Below the pieces are notes generated by a model that worked only from the letters and a program-made list of their open reading frames with translations, did not search any database and was not told the origin of the DNA. A stretch of 62,271 nucleotides of DNA, the filler included, from Nemertoderma westbladi (Eukaryota; Animalia; Xenacoelomorpha), in NCBI GenBank assembly GCA_032718475.1. It is 3 parts of 3 records of this genome, joined end to end, with 100 filler letters (N's around TTAATTAATTAA, not from the genome) between each part and the next. Parts side by side here need not be neighbours in the genome. Positions count along the whole stretch, not along the records: positions 46,687 to 62,271 come from JAUCBJ010006697.1; 2 more parts are not named here. One strand, 5' to 3'. Shown here in pieces: positions 49,155 through 61,658 of the stretch. The position numbers were made by a program, and so were the translations under genes. Position 1 is the stretch's first letter. Each line of letters begins with the position of its first letter.

Positions 49155-51960
49155 TTACACTAAATTCCGGTTAAACTTACAAAAAGAAAGTAGGTTAATT
49201 TCTTTGAGTCTTAGAGAAAATAACAGTTTATTACGGCAATTTACAACTTCAGCTGGAAGCGAGTTCCAAATGGGCACCACTCTATGGGAAAAATTATTTT
49301 TGCACATCTGCAAGCGCGACTGTTTATGAAACAGTTTACGGTCGTGACCTCTCAACCCACCCCTAGGGGCCAAGGTAAAGAAGTGAGCGAAGTTTAGGTC
49401 GACTTCGTTGTTCGAAAGAGCGAAGGTCATCTTGAGGTCAAAAATTATGCGGCGCACTTCCAGGGGTTGAAGTTGTAATACGTTAATTCGATTCAAATAG
49501 CTTACTGTACAATCCAAATTACAACGTTTAAAAAGGCGACGCGTAAAATATCTCTGTACCCGCTCAAGTAAGTCTATACAACCTAAATGAAAAGGAGACC
49601 ATATAGGCGTACAGTACTCTAATAAGGGACGCACATAAGATTTAAAAGCCGTAATTAATGCAGAACGATTCGAAGTTAAAAAGCACTTGAAAATCAAATT
49701 TGTCATTTTTAGGGCCTTGGCAGCTTGTTCGCGACAATAAACATCGAAATTAAGAGAACTACACATTGTAATACCCAGGTCTCTACAGGAAGTGTCAATC
49801 TTTAAACATTTACCACCTAACATGTACTGCGTATCATTTCGGTCTGCCGAACCGATGTAAAGCACGGTGCACTTATGAGCAGCAATTTTGAGTTGCCATG
49901 TATCAGCCCACTTTTCCAAAGCAGATAAAGCTTCAGCGAGTTGCAAATTATCGGACGAGCGCGCATACAGCTTTACATCGTCGGCGAACAATTTGCATGA
50001 TACACTATTACCGATTATATCAGGTAGGTCATTAATAAACAACACAAACAATATTGGGCCAAGTACGCTACCTTGAGGGGTACATAGCAGACATCGGAAA
50101 AACTATTTCCAACAACAACACGTTGGCTACGATCAGATAAAAAAGCCGATAACCACAATAGTAAATCTCCAGATATACCATATGCCGATAATTCAGATAA
50201 TAACTTCCTATGTACAACAGAATCAAATGCTTTCGCAAAATCAATATAAATTGTGTCCGTGCTCTGTCGACTATCTAATAAATTGCACCAATCAGTTGTA
50301 CATTCCAATAATTGAGTACAGGTAGACCGTTTCTTTAAGAACCCATGTTGCGATTTAGATATGAGTTTATGAGAATATAAATAATCGAGCAATTTGTCCT
50401 TTATACACATCTCCATAATTTTGCATGCAATACAGGTCAAAGAAACAGGTCTGTAATTGTACGGGTCGGCAGCATCCCCCTTCTTATAGATTGGAACAAT
50501 GAATGCTGTTAACCAAATAGAAGGTAGACAATGGCTACTAAACGATATTTGGAAAATGGCCGCTAGAGGAGCTGCCAAGCACCGTGATAATCTAGAGAAG
50601 ATAATACTGGGGAAACCATCAGGCGTACGACTCGATTTACCTTCAAGTTTACGTAATATACAGGATACGTTTACCGGACTAAAATCAACATGAGACATAG
50701 AAATATGATAGGGAACACGCCGCTCAAAATTTGGTGTAGCACTGTTATCAACGGAAAAGTTTTCTGAGAATACCTTTGATAGAATACGGGCTTTCTCAAT
50801 ATCATCTACCACGGTTGCACCTTTAAATTTAAACGGTGAAACACCAGAATTAAGGTTACGTTTCGAATTAATATATGAAAAAATATCACCGATATTGCCC
50901 GAACTAAGAATCTTGTTTTCCCGAATACAGGCTGCCCTGAAGCAAGCCTGGGATACAGCTTTGGCGCATTTCTTATATTCAGAACTACCAGTTACGGTAT
51001 GACGTCGCCGCCATAAGCGTTTTTTCTTGCGTTGTAATAAGCGAACAAAATCAGGGAAAACCTTCTTCTTGCGCGGTGTCACAAAACTCTTAAAAGTAAC
51101 AAATCGTTCTATACCTGTACGTAGTGTAGCACTAAAAAAATCCCAAAAATCATCAACGGAAATACAAGAATCAAAATTAGTGTTCCAATCAATACTTTCC
51201 ATAAATATGGAGAATTCACTGTAGTTACCATTCTTAAAATCATAATAACCTACGTTATCATCAGATGACGGGCTACGATCAGGAGATAAAATATTAAAAA
51301 TTACAGATGCATGGTCACTAGTACTAAAATTATCAATAACATCTACATTAGAAACAAACATATCCTCACTTGAAAAAACTAGATCTAGAATGTTATTATC
51401 GCGGGTGGGTTTTAATTGTAACTGAGTTAAACCACTGTCCAGAAAACACTGGTTTAGTAAGTCGTAGTTAGCATATGTAGGATGTGTTAAGTTAAGCCAA
51501 TCGAAATCTGGTAAATTAAAATCACCATTAACGACACATGGGGTATTTACTTGACAGAGAAGAGATATGCATTCGGACAAGAGTTTATCAGTTTCAATGG
51601 TCGCGATGGTTCCTGATCGATATATACATATAAACCGACAGGGGGAGCTTCCAACTAGATCGATCGCTACCACCTCAGTATCTACAAAGCGAGCCGGTAT
51701 TTGAACCTGGACGCATTTGATGTCCAACCGGACAAGGACGGCAACTCCACCACCACGAGAGGGTCTATCTTTGCGGAAGACACGATATTGCCCATTGTTG
51801 CTCACCATCTTGTCTGGGATTGTATCTGTGAGCCAGGACTCGGTGACAGCCAGGATCCCATATTTATTAGGTTGTAAGAAGAGCTCGAGGTCAGTTAGTT
51901 TATTGTTCAGCGACCGCGCATTCACTAAGCAGCATTCAATGAATGGCTCCTTGACGGGTT
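49155..51960 (-). pseudogene. CR1 ORF2 (APE endonuclease + reverse transcriptase), one frameshift near 50080
   Basis: NARSL, VTESWL, GGGVA, GDFN, NILDL, SDH; NYRPVSLT, QHGF, YIDFAKAFD, PQGSVLGP (frameshifted), LFADD, RDLG, RPLLEY, LERVQR, RGH. Confidence 0.95.
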
Positions 51961-51972
51961 GTTTCCCTCCGT

Positions 51973-52549
51973 TTAAACGTTTCCCGACGAAGAAGACGTC
52001 GGATCGGCAGTTGCGCCATTTGTATTCTGTGGCGTCGTCCGAGGATCCGGCGTACGGTGCTCCTGCCTCCCGGGCTCCGTCGTCCGCGGCGAGGGGGACA
52101 CGGGAGACGGGTTTCTCGTTGATCGGTGTTGTCGTTGGTTACGAACAGCTTCCCGTTTATGGTACTGCTGCTCGGCCTGTAGTCGGGTAAGATCATGGTC
52201 GATATAAACCCCAGTATGCGCAGTGGATTTCCGGAGTTTTTTCTTTTGTTCCATGATATTATTCTTGGAATCCATGCTAGAGAGGCGGACAATGAAACGC
52301 GTAGGTTTATTATCCCTCGCCGGTAGACTGGAAACCACTGAAAATACCACATCTTTCTGATCGAACTCTGACTCCAACAGATAAGAGATTTCTCCTTTGT
52401 TAGAATCGTCGGTTGATACCGGTAAATCTCGAATGACGATGTTGAGCTCACGTTTCCGCTGCTCTTGAACCTCGCGATCCACATCCTCCGCGGTCATTGG
52501 GACCGCAGTAGACGCGGGCCGGGTTTTGTTCTTCTTTTCTGGTTTCTGG
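51973..52549 (-). CDS. CR1 ORF1 C-terminal part
   Basis: EQRKRELNIVIRDLP...KKLRKS...VYIDHDLTRLQ, typical of an ORF1 C-terminus, directly upstream of ORF2. Confidence 0.78.
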
Positions 52550-54319
52550 ATCTGGCTGTTATCTTTGTTGACTTCTTCAAGGCCTTTGATTCAGTCTCTC
52601 GCTCACGTATGTTCAGCATACTTTCATTATATGGGATTCCTGATAAAATTATTGCAGCAATCAGATCAGTATACGATGGTTCGACAACATTTGTGTCTTC
52701 TGTTGACGGTGACACAGAACCATTTGAAGTGTTATGGGGCGTCCTCCAGGGAGACACACTTGCACTATTCTTGTTCATAATTGTTGTTGACTATGTTCTA
52801 CGCATGTCCTTAGATCATCATAATGAAGATGGGGTGATGATAACTCCACCTACTGGCTCCAGAAGTCGAGGAAATCCTGCCAAGTACCTAACTGATCTAG
52901 ACTTTGCTGATGACTTAGGAGTACTCTCAGAATAATCACTAGAGGGAGCCCAACGGCTCCTCAGCTCATTAGAACATGCTGCTTCTAGTGTTGGTCGTTT
53001 TATTAACTCCAGAAAGACCACAATTTTGACAGTTAACTTTGAAAGTCCTCAGCAAGTCTCTGATCGGATGAGCATAAGCTCAAAAGATGGTATGCTTGAG
53101 CATGTGGATGACTTCTGTTACCTGGGATCATGGATCCGGAAGTCAGGTGAGGACCTTCGAATACGTAAGGGAAAGGCATGGGCAGCCTTGAATAGGCTTT
53201 CCAGGATTTGGAAGTCACCGAGAATTAATCGGAAACTTAAGGTCCGGTTATTTAGAGCAGCAGTAGTTCCAGTACTCCTCTATGGGAGTCCATGCTGGGC
53301 TCTAACTGCTGAAGACACCAAATCTCTGGATTGCATATTCACAAGAATGCTACATCGGGTTCATTGTGTCAAGTTCAATGCACACATCTCCAACCAGACA
53401 CTATATAACATTGGAGGTGTCTCATTGGTTCCCCCAAGCTTGACACTAGAACAAAATCGCCTCCGCTTTGCAGGACATTGCTTTCGCCGTGAGGACCAGC
53501 CAGTGCATAATCTTGTACTTTGGCAGCCTCATGGAGTGAATAAGCATGGTGGACAGCCCATGACTTTCTTGAGACGCATCTTAAAGGACACTGGCCTTGA
53601 AGATGCGGATGATCTAGCAAATGTCATGGGTGATAGGGAGTTATGGCGGTGCAATTTTGTCGATAAGCCGGCACAGCATTCTTAAAAATGCAGCTGCAAT
53701 GCAGCATGCCGATCCTAGTAGTAGTAGTAGGAAAGCCTATTCAAGGCTGCCCATGCCTTTCCCTTACGTATTCGAAGGTTCTCACCTGACCTCCGTATCC
53801 ATGATCCCAGGTAACAGAAGTCGTCGACATGCTCAAGCATACCATTCTTTGATCTCATGCTCATTCGATCAGAGATTAACTGAGGATCTCTGATCTGGAA
53901 GGATCAATGATCTGGAAGGATTACTGATCTGGAAGGATCTCATTTCCACTGTCCGAGCTCACTTGACTTAGTAGTAGTAATAGTCGTAGGAGTATTTTAT
54001 TGTATTACAATATACAGTATATTATTATTACAGTATATTCATGTACAGTTTATATTCATTATAGATTATATTGCTGAAGATAAAAATACCGCGTCACCAA
54101 AAACATCCAACATTTAAAACGGCCTATAACTAACATTATAATAATGTTTTTTTTACTTTCACAGACAGAATTAAAATTTATTTATTATAGATACACCCGC
54201 GACTGGAGTAAAAGGTTTTAAATAAAAAGCCCAAAATGCAAATAATTAAGTGAATAGAAACATATAATGTAGTTCCCGACAACGCAACACCAATGATTAT
54301 ACAACTTCTTTCAGTTTCA

Positions 54320-54874
54320 CTAATTCCAAACATACATTTCAACTCTGTAAGCCGGATTGCGTAGGGTAAACCAATACCAATAAGGTCCGTACATTTCTCC
54401 TTCTACATGTTCGTAGACTCGATTCAAGTAACTCCTGCCATAGCTGCCAAACCACCACCCCCCAGGAGAAAATGGTTCACCGTTACTATATATTGACAAT
54501 GAGTCACCCGCATTACCGTGGTAACCGTATACATATAGGCGGTAATTAGTTGCAGCTGATCCGAGGTAGAAGCTGCTGTATTCCGCATACCGATATTCCC
54601 GTACGTAATCCTTATAACGTTTGTTAGGAAAGTCGTAACCTTCTCCAGTGAACCACAGATCTACTCTCAACTTACTTCCGCCTTTACTAAGCTCGTAAAT
54701 AGTTTCCAAACCTAACCAGAAATCGGTATTCGGGTCCCCAAATCCCTCAACATATTCAGTCCAGTTGCGGTTGAAGTCGACACTTCCGTTAACCCTCTGT
54801 TGAATCTTCACCCACTCCGGTTTATGGAATAGAGCCTTGGACAAATCTTTTAATTGATTACTCAACTCCGTCAC
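54320..54874 (-). CDS. Fibrinogen-related domain (FReD) protein, terminal exon
   Basis: WVKIQQRVNGSVDFNRNWTEYVEGFGD, FWLGLE, LRVDL, YAEYSSF, NYRL..GYHGNAGDSL, GGWWF. Acceptor tttttacag|GTG at 54874 (phase 0). AATAAA downstream at ~54180. Confidence 0.92.
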   Translation of the reverse strand: MTELSNQLKDLSKALFHKPEWVKIQQRVNGSVDFNRNWTEYVEGFGDPNTDFWLGLETIYELSKGGSKLRVDLWFTGEGYDFPNKRYKDYVREYRYAEYSSFYLGSAATNYRLYVYGYHGNAGDSLSIYSNGEPFSPGGWWFGSYGRSYLNRVYEHVEGEMYGPYWYWFTLRNPAYRVEMYVWN

Positions 54875-55739
54875 CTGTAAAAAATATTTTTATTTGGGAG
54901 TTTTTATCATCTTAAAACCGGATTTCTACTGCAGACTGTTGATTGTTTTGATTAGAAAAGCCTGCTCTTGTAACCTGCTCCTTTCCAACAATTCCAAGTA
55001 TTGTTAACAAGGTGATTTACTGCTTTGTTTAGAAAAGCTTGCCTCAGTAACCTGCCCCATTCCGAATTGTTACGAAATTGTTAATAATTTTGGTTAGAAA
55101 AGACAAACGGTGAATTTGGGGGAGGGCGGGGGTTATTCTGCGCGGGAGAAGGGAATGTGACGCTAGGCCATAGTGTGCCGGGGGATAAATATAGCTCTAA
55201 ACGAAAATGCCCCTCCCCTGGCATTCTCGCCTGGGGGGGGGGGGGGGGGGGGGGGGGGGCATTTTCGTCAGTGACATCGGTAATCATAACGGCCCAAGCA
55301 TACAGTTAGGCCTACATAGTAAATATTTGTTTTGACAAACGGTAGGCCTAAAGTCAATTTTTCAGGGGTTCGGTTGGAGAGAACTTTGAACATGTTAATT
55401 TCGATGGTTCCATATCATAGCCTAGTGAAAACAGTTGTGCAGACAATCATGAGTCTGACGATTGACAAAAATTGAAGGGGGCTTAAATTCCTAAGGGGGC
55501 CATATTTTCTTATGAAATTTGGCCTGGGGCGGCATAATTTCCTGGGAAAACTCCGCGGCAGATATAAACGGTTATGCAATTTTCAGTTTGTAAATAGTTG
55601 TTACAGAAGGGCCACTTCTGATTGGTTGTCAAGTGCTTATGGATAACAGGGCCGGCTTTTAACTTTTAAAAGATAGAATATAAGACTAGAATAGTGAATT
55701 ATGAAAGTTCATGTGTGACCCGGGCCTTACAATACTTAC

Positions 55740-55769
55740 ATTTGCGGCACAACCAGTTCCATCATTAGC
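55740..55769 (-). CDS. 30-bp microexon of the FReD gene (ANDGTGCAAN)
   Basis: attattgcag|...|gtaagt. Phase 0-0, in frame with the exon starting at 54874. Confidence 0.65.
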
Positions 55770-58027
55770 CTGCAATAATAAATACAATTATTAATATAAA
55801 TTGTTGTAAAAAATCATTTACTAAAGAGAACCTGGTGGCCCGGCAGCGTGGGATGCGCGAGCGAGGCCTAGCCTGTGTGCTGGGCGGAGTGCGGGGGAGT
55901 CTATTGTTTGCGCTGCTGCGCTCAAACTCCCTGTGCCTGCGTGGCGGTAGGCGGCCATGGAGGGCGCTCGGGTTTGGGGACGGTGCCGGTCTGCGGGGGT
56001 TTGACCTCCAAGACCGGTACTGAATCCAAGTTTTAGACTTGTGTTTGGTGGAGGGATGTAAAAATTCTTACTAAATTTAATTTTGGTGGTGGTGGAAATT
56101 ATTTAAACCAATAAGATGAAATATTATTGTTGATTGATTAAAGTATTATATTATTATTAATTTATCACTCTGGCTTTACTAAATATGTAATATTATTTAT
56201 ATTAATAATTATATATAATTAATACAATAAAAAATTATTGAGTAGGGACACAAAAAGTGTAGGGAGAAGGCAGGGGAGTTTGGAAAAGGAGAGGTTCAAA
56301 TGCAAGGGGGGATTTGGCCCGTGTCTATTTCTGCTACATGCTACATCTACGTATGGTACATAACGTATCAATCACCCCCACTGGGATAAATTGCAACTTC
56401 CGCCTTATTAGGGTTCGGCCTAAACTGTAGCCGTTGTCAGCTGATTGCCAACTGAGAATTGATAATCGTACCAATGGTAGCCCTAGAGTTGATCCGCCCT
56501 ACTCATTGGCTGTTACTATCACGCCTCTCCTATCCCCTTATGCTATACTCTATTGGTTTTTGGGTTTGCTGTAAGTGAGTTAATTACCTCAATTACTAGC
56601 CTGATGTTTCTTCCGGCCAATATTGATAAATTGGCCCTCTTCTCCTTCCCACTTTGTAATGGGAGCGCATAGCGGAATGGGGCCGCTAACATCCCGAAAT
56701 TATCCGTTGACTATCATTGAGAAATGATACCCAGTTTGAGCCGAGAGGTTATGGATTTACAATATTATATTATAAATCTGGTTTAATTAAAAACAAACTA
56801 ACTATGGCGTTTCTTTCGTTTGAGTACCCATTCTTTTCATCAAGGCACTCCACAGTTAAAAGTGCTGACAAAGCTGAAAGTAAAATGGTTGCCTTTAACA
56901 TAGTAGCAGCCTACAATATGTGTCACTGTCACGAACTAAAACAAATTATCAACAAATAGATAGCAAAACAGGAACAACCGGAAAAGTAGAACAGGTAAAT
57001 CACACACACGTGCTATATATAGAATATGTGGCGTAGCAAGTATAATGGACACATGGAGAGAAATAGATTTTTACTTTTTTATGGATTCTGGTAGAGGATT
57101 CTTCGGGCATTCCAATGGAATATAGTTTTTCAACGAAGATCTAAATAATTTAAACTTTATTAAACTTTAAATGCGTTTTTCTCAGAATGATTTTCGCTAA
57201 ATGTGCTAATCTACTTTCCACATACAAAATTATATACTCAAACATATGTGTGTGAATTAGCAGCCGTCTAATTAATGCATTGCATCCATTAGTGGGTGCA
57301 ATCTATTAATTTGCTCAAATAATGTAAACAAAATTAATAAAATAACTAATTTCTGAGATAAAATAATGGGCTGATAGAGTGATAGCCTAACAAGGTACGT
57401 TCCTAATATGAAAAGTGCATTAGTAAGATTTCTCTACAGTAGGTTGATTACAAAATTAGCATAAACATTAAAGATAATGGAATCTTAGTTTGATAAATCG
57501 CTATCAAAAGTAAAATAAATTACGTACATATTTAATTGTTGTACATGAGTAGGGTGGTGGTTGCCACGGTGAGGGTGGTATGCAGTTTTTCCAATATTCT
57601 AGAGATTAAAATTGTTTCTGCGGCCACGAAAAGTTTTGACTATTCTGGTGGTTTTGTGTCTCTTGGATCCCGTCATAAACAGCGCGAGAATCAGGCCTGG
57701 ACGATAAACGGAATGGTGCGACCTGGGTTATTTGGCGGTATCAATTATGTAAGTGCTGGTTCGTAGGTATTTATAACTAATGTTCGCGCCGCTGACCTTT
57801 TCTAACTCACAACGCGATATTTGTCACGGAGCGATGGTATTTTTACGTTGAGTTGCAATACGCTAATTAATTAGTACTTTAATAGGCTTAATAAATATAT
57901 GAAGTGTATGTATAGATTACGGTGCCCGGAATGTAATTGAACCGGACAATAATCGGACACAAAGGGCTGTCAATCACACACAGTGCACTGGCAATAAAGG
58001 GCAGAGAACAAATGGCTTGACACTCAC

Positions 58028-58099
58028 CGTGTGCGGCAAATAGCTCCCGTTGTTTCCCTTTAATCGTTGAACAACGTCTTGTGTTATATCTTTCTTCAT
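58028..58099 (-). CDS. Possible upstream exon (MKKDITQDVVQRLKGNNGSYLPHT)
   Basis: ATG to strong donor ACG|GTGAGT, phase 0. No signal peptide, and the link to the FReD gene is unproven. Confidence 0.25.
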
Positions 58100-59837
58100 A
58101 TATTACTTTCAATGCAGATTACAGTATATACCGTATATATCAAACTTATTATACAGTTAATAATTAATGATTTATAAATACTGCATACATAACTATTAAA
58201 TTTAGTACTATTTGAACTTAATTTTATTGTTTTCCTATAGCAACTCTATCGCGTTACGGTGAGGGATAAATTAATAATCACCGCTCAATATTAAAATTAG
58301 AAATTAGAAATTCAACCAATCACAGCGTCAGAAAGCTGTAAATCTCATTAACTGCCATCTGGTTGTTACAGTTGAATCTTCTACAATAAGCAGGATATGA
58401 GAAAGAAAAGAAAGCACACAATATAAATTACGTTTCAATAACCTAACCAACCACCAATATGGCCCTTATGGATTTGCCTTAGGACGGCAGAATATATCAA
58501 GTTATTAATAGTAATGAATTCACTGTACCGTAATAGGGGAACATAATCATTGGTGAAATCAGGTTATGGAATATAAACTAATGAGAGCTTATAAAGATAT
58601 TTAAGATACTGAATAAGGCCTATAACAGATAAACTAAATATAGGCGAGTTTCACCAACAACTAAGATAAATTTTTTGCTAAATTTTGTTAAATATTAGGG
58701 TTTAAAATCAAATTAGGGGTGGGGGGGGGGGGGGTGGTGTGTAGCATTCACCTTTTTTTGGAAATTATAAATTTTTCCTATCATGTGCCGAATTAAATTG
58801 AGATATCCAATCTGCAAGCAGTTTTATCATATGTTTTCCCAAACTCAAGTTAATAGCAAAAACGTAAGAGCTAGTATGATTTTTGACAAGCCTTCGAGCA
58901 GCACTATATTTTACATTCGAATAAGGCCCTTTTCATCAAAAAGGCTCTCTTATTAGTTATATGTTTAGCAAGCATGACAAATTTCGTTGAATTTCATTCT
59001 TTTATGACAAAGTTATTGTTGAACAAAGTAAAATGGTATTATCTAAAATAGCGGGAAGGTTTGAATTGTTCCTTTTAAACTTTAAAAACCTTTATCTCAG
59101 TTCATAAAAATGGCTATTTCTCCGCTAATTTTAATTAAAATTAGTTGAAAATTGATACACTTATTCAGAATACACTTGTCCATAATTTTTTTGAACAAAT
59201 TTGGCTGGAAATTTCCTGGAACCTTTTTTCATCAAAAAGGCCCAAAAAGCCCTTTTTGGGCCTTTTTGGTCAAAAATGGTTCCAAATCATTATCCAGTAT
59301 CCCAAACCATTAAAAACTTTCAGAAGAATTGGATGCAATGGTCTACTGAACTTATATTCTAAATTATATTCTAAAATCTAATTGCGGTTTTCTCTCCGAG
59401 AGAAAAGATCCTTGGGGATGCCCCGTTGTTTCATGTTTTACGTTACCGTTAACGTTATAGTACTTTACATAAACTTCGTCAAATTTCAGAATGTAAATAG
59501 AGTGCATGGAAATCATTTTCTGAAATGTAAGTAAAAAGAGTTGTATTCTCTTTAGCAAATATTGAAATGGCAGCGCTGTGTCAACATGGCAGCGACAGAA
59601 TTAAAACGACCACGACAGTAGTCAAAACTTCGAGCCATCAGCTCGCTGCGAGCCATCCGCGAACAGTTATAATTATACTACGGCCGTTTTCCAAAGCGGG
59701 GGAGAGGAGTGTTAATGTGGCGTGGTGTAGGTAAAGGTTAACATAAACAAAGTGTGTACCGAGCCTAAATACTGAAATGCTGAAATTTCATATTTTAGAC
59801 TAATTTGACAATGAAGATTTCATTACGACTTTCAAGT

Positions 59838-60065
59838 CAGAACGTTCTGGAGACGCCCCCAGTTCGCCCCCAGAACGTTCTGGAGACGCCCCCAGTTCGC
59901 CCCCAGAACGTTCTGGAGACGCCCCCAGTTCGCCCCCAGAACGTTCTGGAGACGCCCCCAGTTCGCCCCCAGAACGTTCTGGAGACGCCCCCAGTTCGCC
60001 CCCAGAACGTTCTGGAGACGCCCCCAGTTCGCCCCCAGAACGTTCTGGAGACGCCCCCAGTTCGC
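59838..60065. repeat. 33-bp perfect tandem repeat, ~7 copies
   Basis: Unit CAGAACGTTCTGGAGACGCCCCCAGTTCGCCCC. Confidence 0.96.
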
Positions 60066-61658
60066 GAAATGTCCCAATAACGTAGGGATTGTATGGCACT
60101 TACGACCTATGTAGCTTTGTAGCTTATGTATGTAGCTTTAACCACTGCACCATCACACGCACTATCACATATGTTATGTGAACACCTCTTTACTCCAGTG
60201 GCGATAATGCACATGCACAATGTAAAGCTCATAGCATCCATGTAGAGCAGTCAATGACAGGAAGCTTACAAAGGGGATACGTCATTCTGGTTCCGGCTAG
60301 TGTAGTACAATCTTTCGTTAATTGTTCGCGCTTTTGAAGACCTTTAGCAGTTTAACCTGCCAAAATTTATATGTCTTTTAGTTAATTAAAACCACTTTAG
60401 CATACGACAATAATTTATGCTAATACGCAAAACATTAGCCGAAGTCAGCCCATGCGCGATCATTCACCCGATGGATCTACACCCGGGAGACTGAATTCGG
60501 ATGCTTGAATTGTATTATTACAGTGTAAGGTTGCAGCGTATACCTAATGTATTATTCGATAGATCGTTAATAATTAATCTCTGACAGATATTATTGGCTT
60601 TCGGGAAATATTAACAGTTCCTTTAGGACGTGGCGCTTTATCTATTTAAACAGAACTAAGACTTATACTAAACGCAACGATACTGCTTATGATTGAAGTA
60701 TAAAGCGTATTCTTTAGGAAATACTTTGTTACCAATCACGATCATACACACTATTCTGCCGACAGTCAGTACATTTGATCACACATAAAGAGAGCAGTAA
60801 TTGACTCACGTAGGGTCTGCTAAATAACATTGGATTCAATACACACCACATTAATATAAATCGCAATTGTTATGTATAGCCGGTCTCTCTAACCTGTAGT
60901 GTTATCAAGAAAATTGGGAATTGGGTGATTTATCCGTATTATCCAAATAGCAATATTTCCATCAACAAATAGGTACAATTAATAACTGACGGTAAAATAA
61001 CAGTACAAACAATATGATTAATGCAATTAAATTAAGTGAGTTAATGCTGTCTTTCGATTTGATTGATTAATTAATTAAGATTTGTTTCGGTAACAGTTTA
61101 TACTTTCGATAATTCAAGCAGTTTACTAGAGTTCTTCCCAAAAGGCCGGTGTTTCTGGCTTAGACAGCAATAACAACAAAGTAACAAGAAAAAACCGTAA
61201 GACTGAACACTCTCCTTATGATCGACTAAAAGCTACACGTCGACAGGAAAAACCGCCCTGATTGGCCCAAGCCAAACAAAGAACCACGCGTCCAATGGCT
61301 GTTTCCATGTCAGCAACCAGCTGCTAGATGTCGTAATATGAATCATCACGGCTAAGCTGTGAAAGGTAGTTAGTGCATTACAAGTTTTTTGTCTTACCAT
61401 GTCCGCCAAAACACGTATATAGCAGAATGATTTTTATGTCCGTTAAAACACCTGTAAAGGTACCTTGCGGGCGAGGGGAATATATGTACAGTTGGAGAAC
61501 CCTTTTAGAGTATTCCAGCGCCTGGGGGGGAACTGGCCAGCAAAGGCAAACGTATCAGTTATCCCACAAAAGCTTTTACACCGCTCCCAGAAAATGGGAT
61601 TTAAGTCTATAAAATATACCAAATCACAGTTTCTAAAATATAAAAATACTCTAAACAG

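Larger units (their letters stand above)
48648..52549 (-). mobile_element. CR1-type LINE, 5'-truncated in ORF1, ORF2 nearly intact
   Basis: ATCT duplicated at 48644-48647 / 52550-52553. (TAA)n tail at 48648-48669. ~490-bp AT-rich 3' UTR. Confidence 0.93.
48163..53730 (+). mobile_element. Inner RTE LINE (48163-48647 plus 52554-53730), 5'-truncated, with in-frame stops
   Basis: ASGVDGVPPE, PKKGNL..FRGISL, KKDRH|LAVIFVDFFKAFDSV, GVLQGDTLA, DLDFADD, FCYLGS. Stops at 48547 and 52933. 3' UTR and (TAG)n tail to 53730. Confidence 0.93.
47545..53885 (-). mobile_element. Outer RTE LINE copy (47545-48162 plus 53731-53885), split by the inner RTE
   Basis: ...TTCCAAATCCTG (48162) joins GAAAGCCTATTCAAGG (53731), as in the intact copy at 33749-33776. 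Confidence 0.88.

Noticed and set aside
51970-51978. TTTAAAC slippery site at the CR1 ORF1/ORF2 junction
   Set aside because: The heptamer is not in the X XXY YYZ phase of ORF1 (it reads GTT TAA), so it does not support -1 frameshifting.
59233-59268. Hairpin resembling an intrinsic terminator
   Set aside because: Eukaryotic DNA; most likely an internal palindrome of a decayed DNA transposon.
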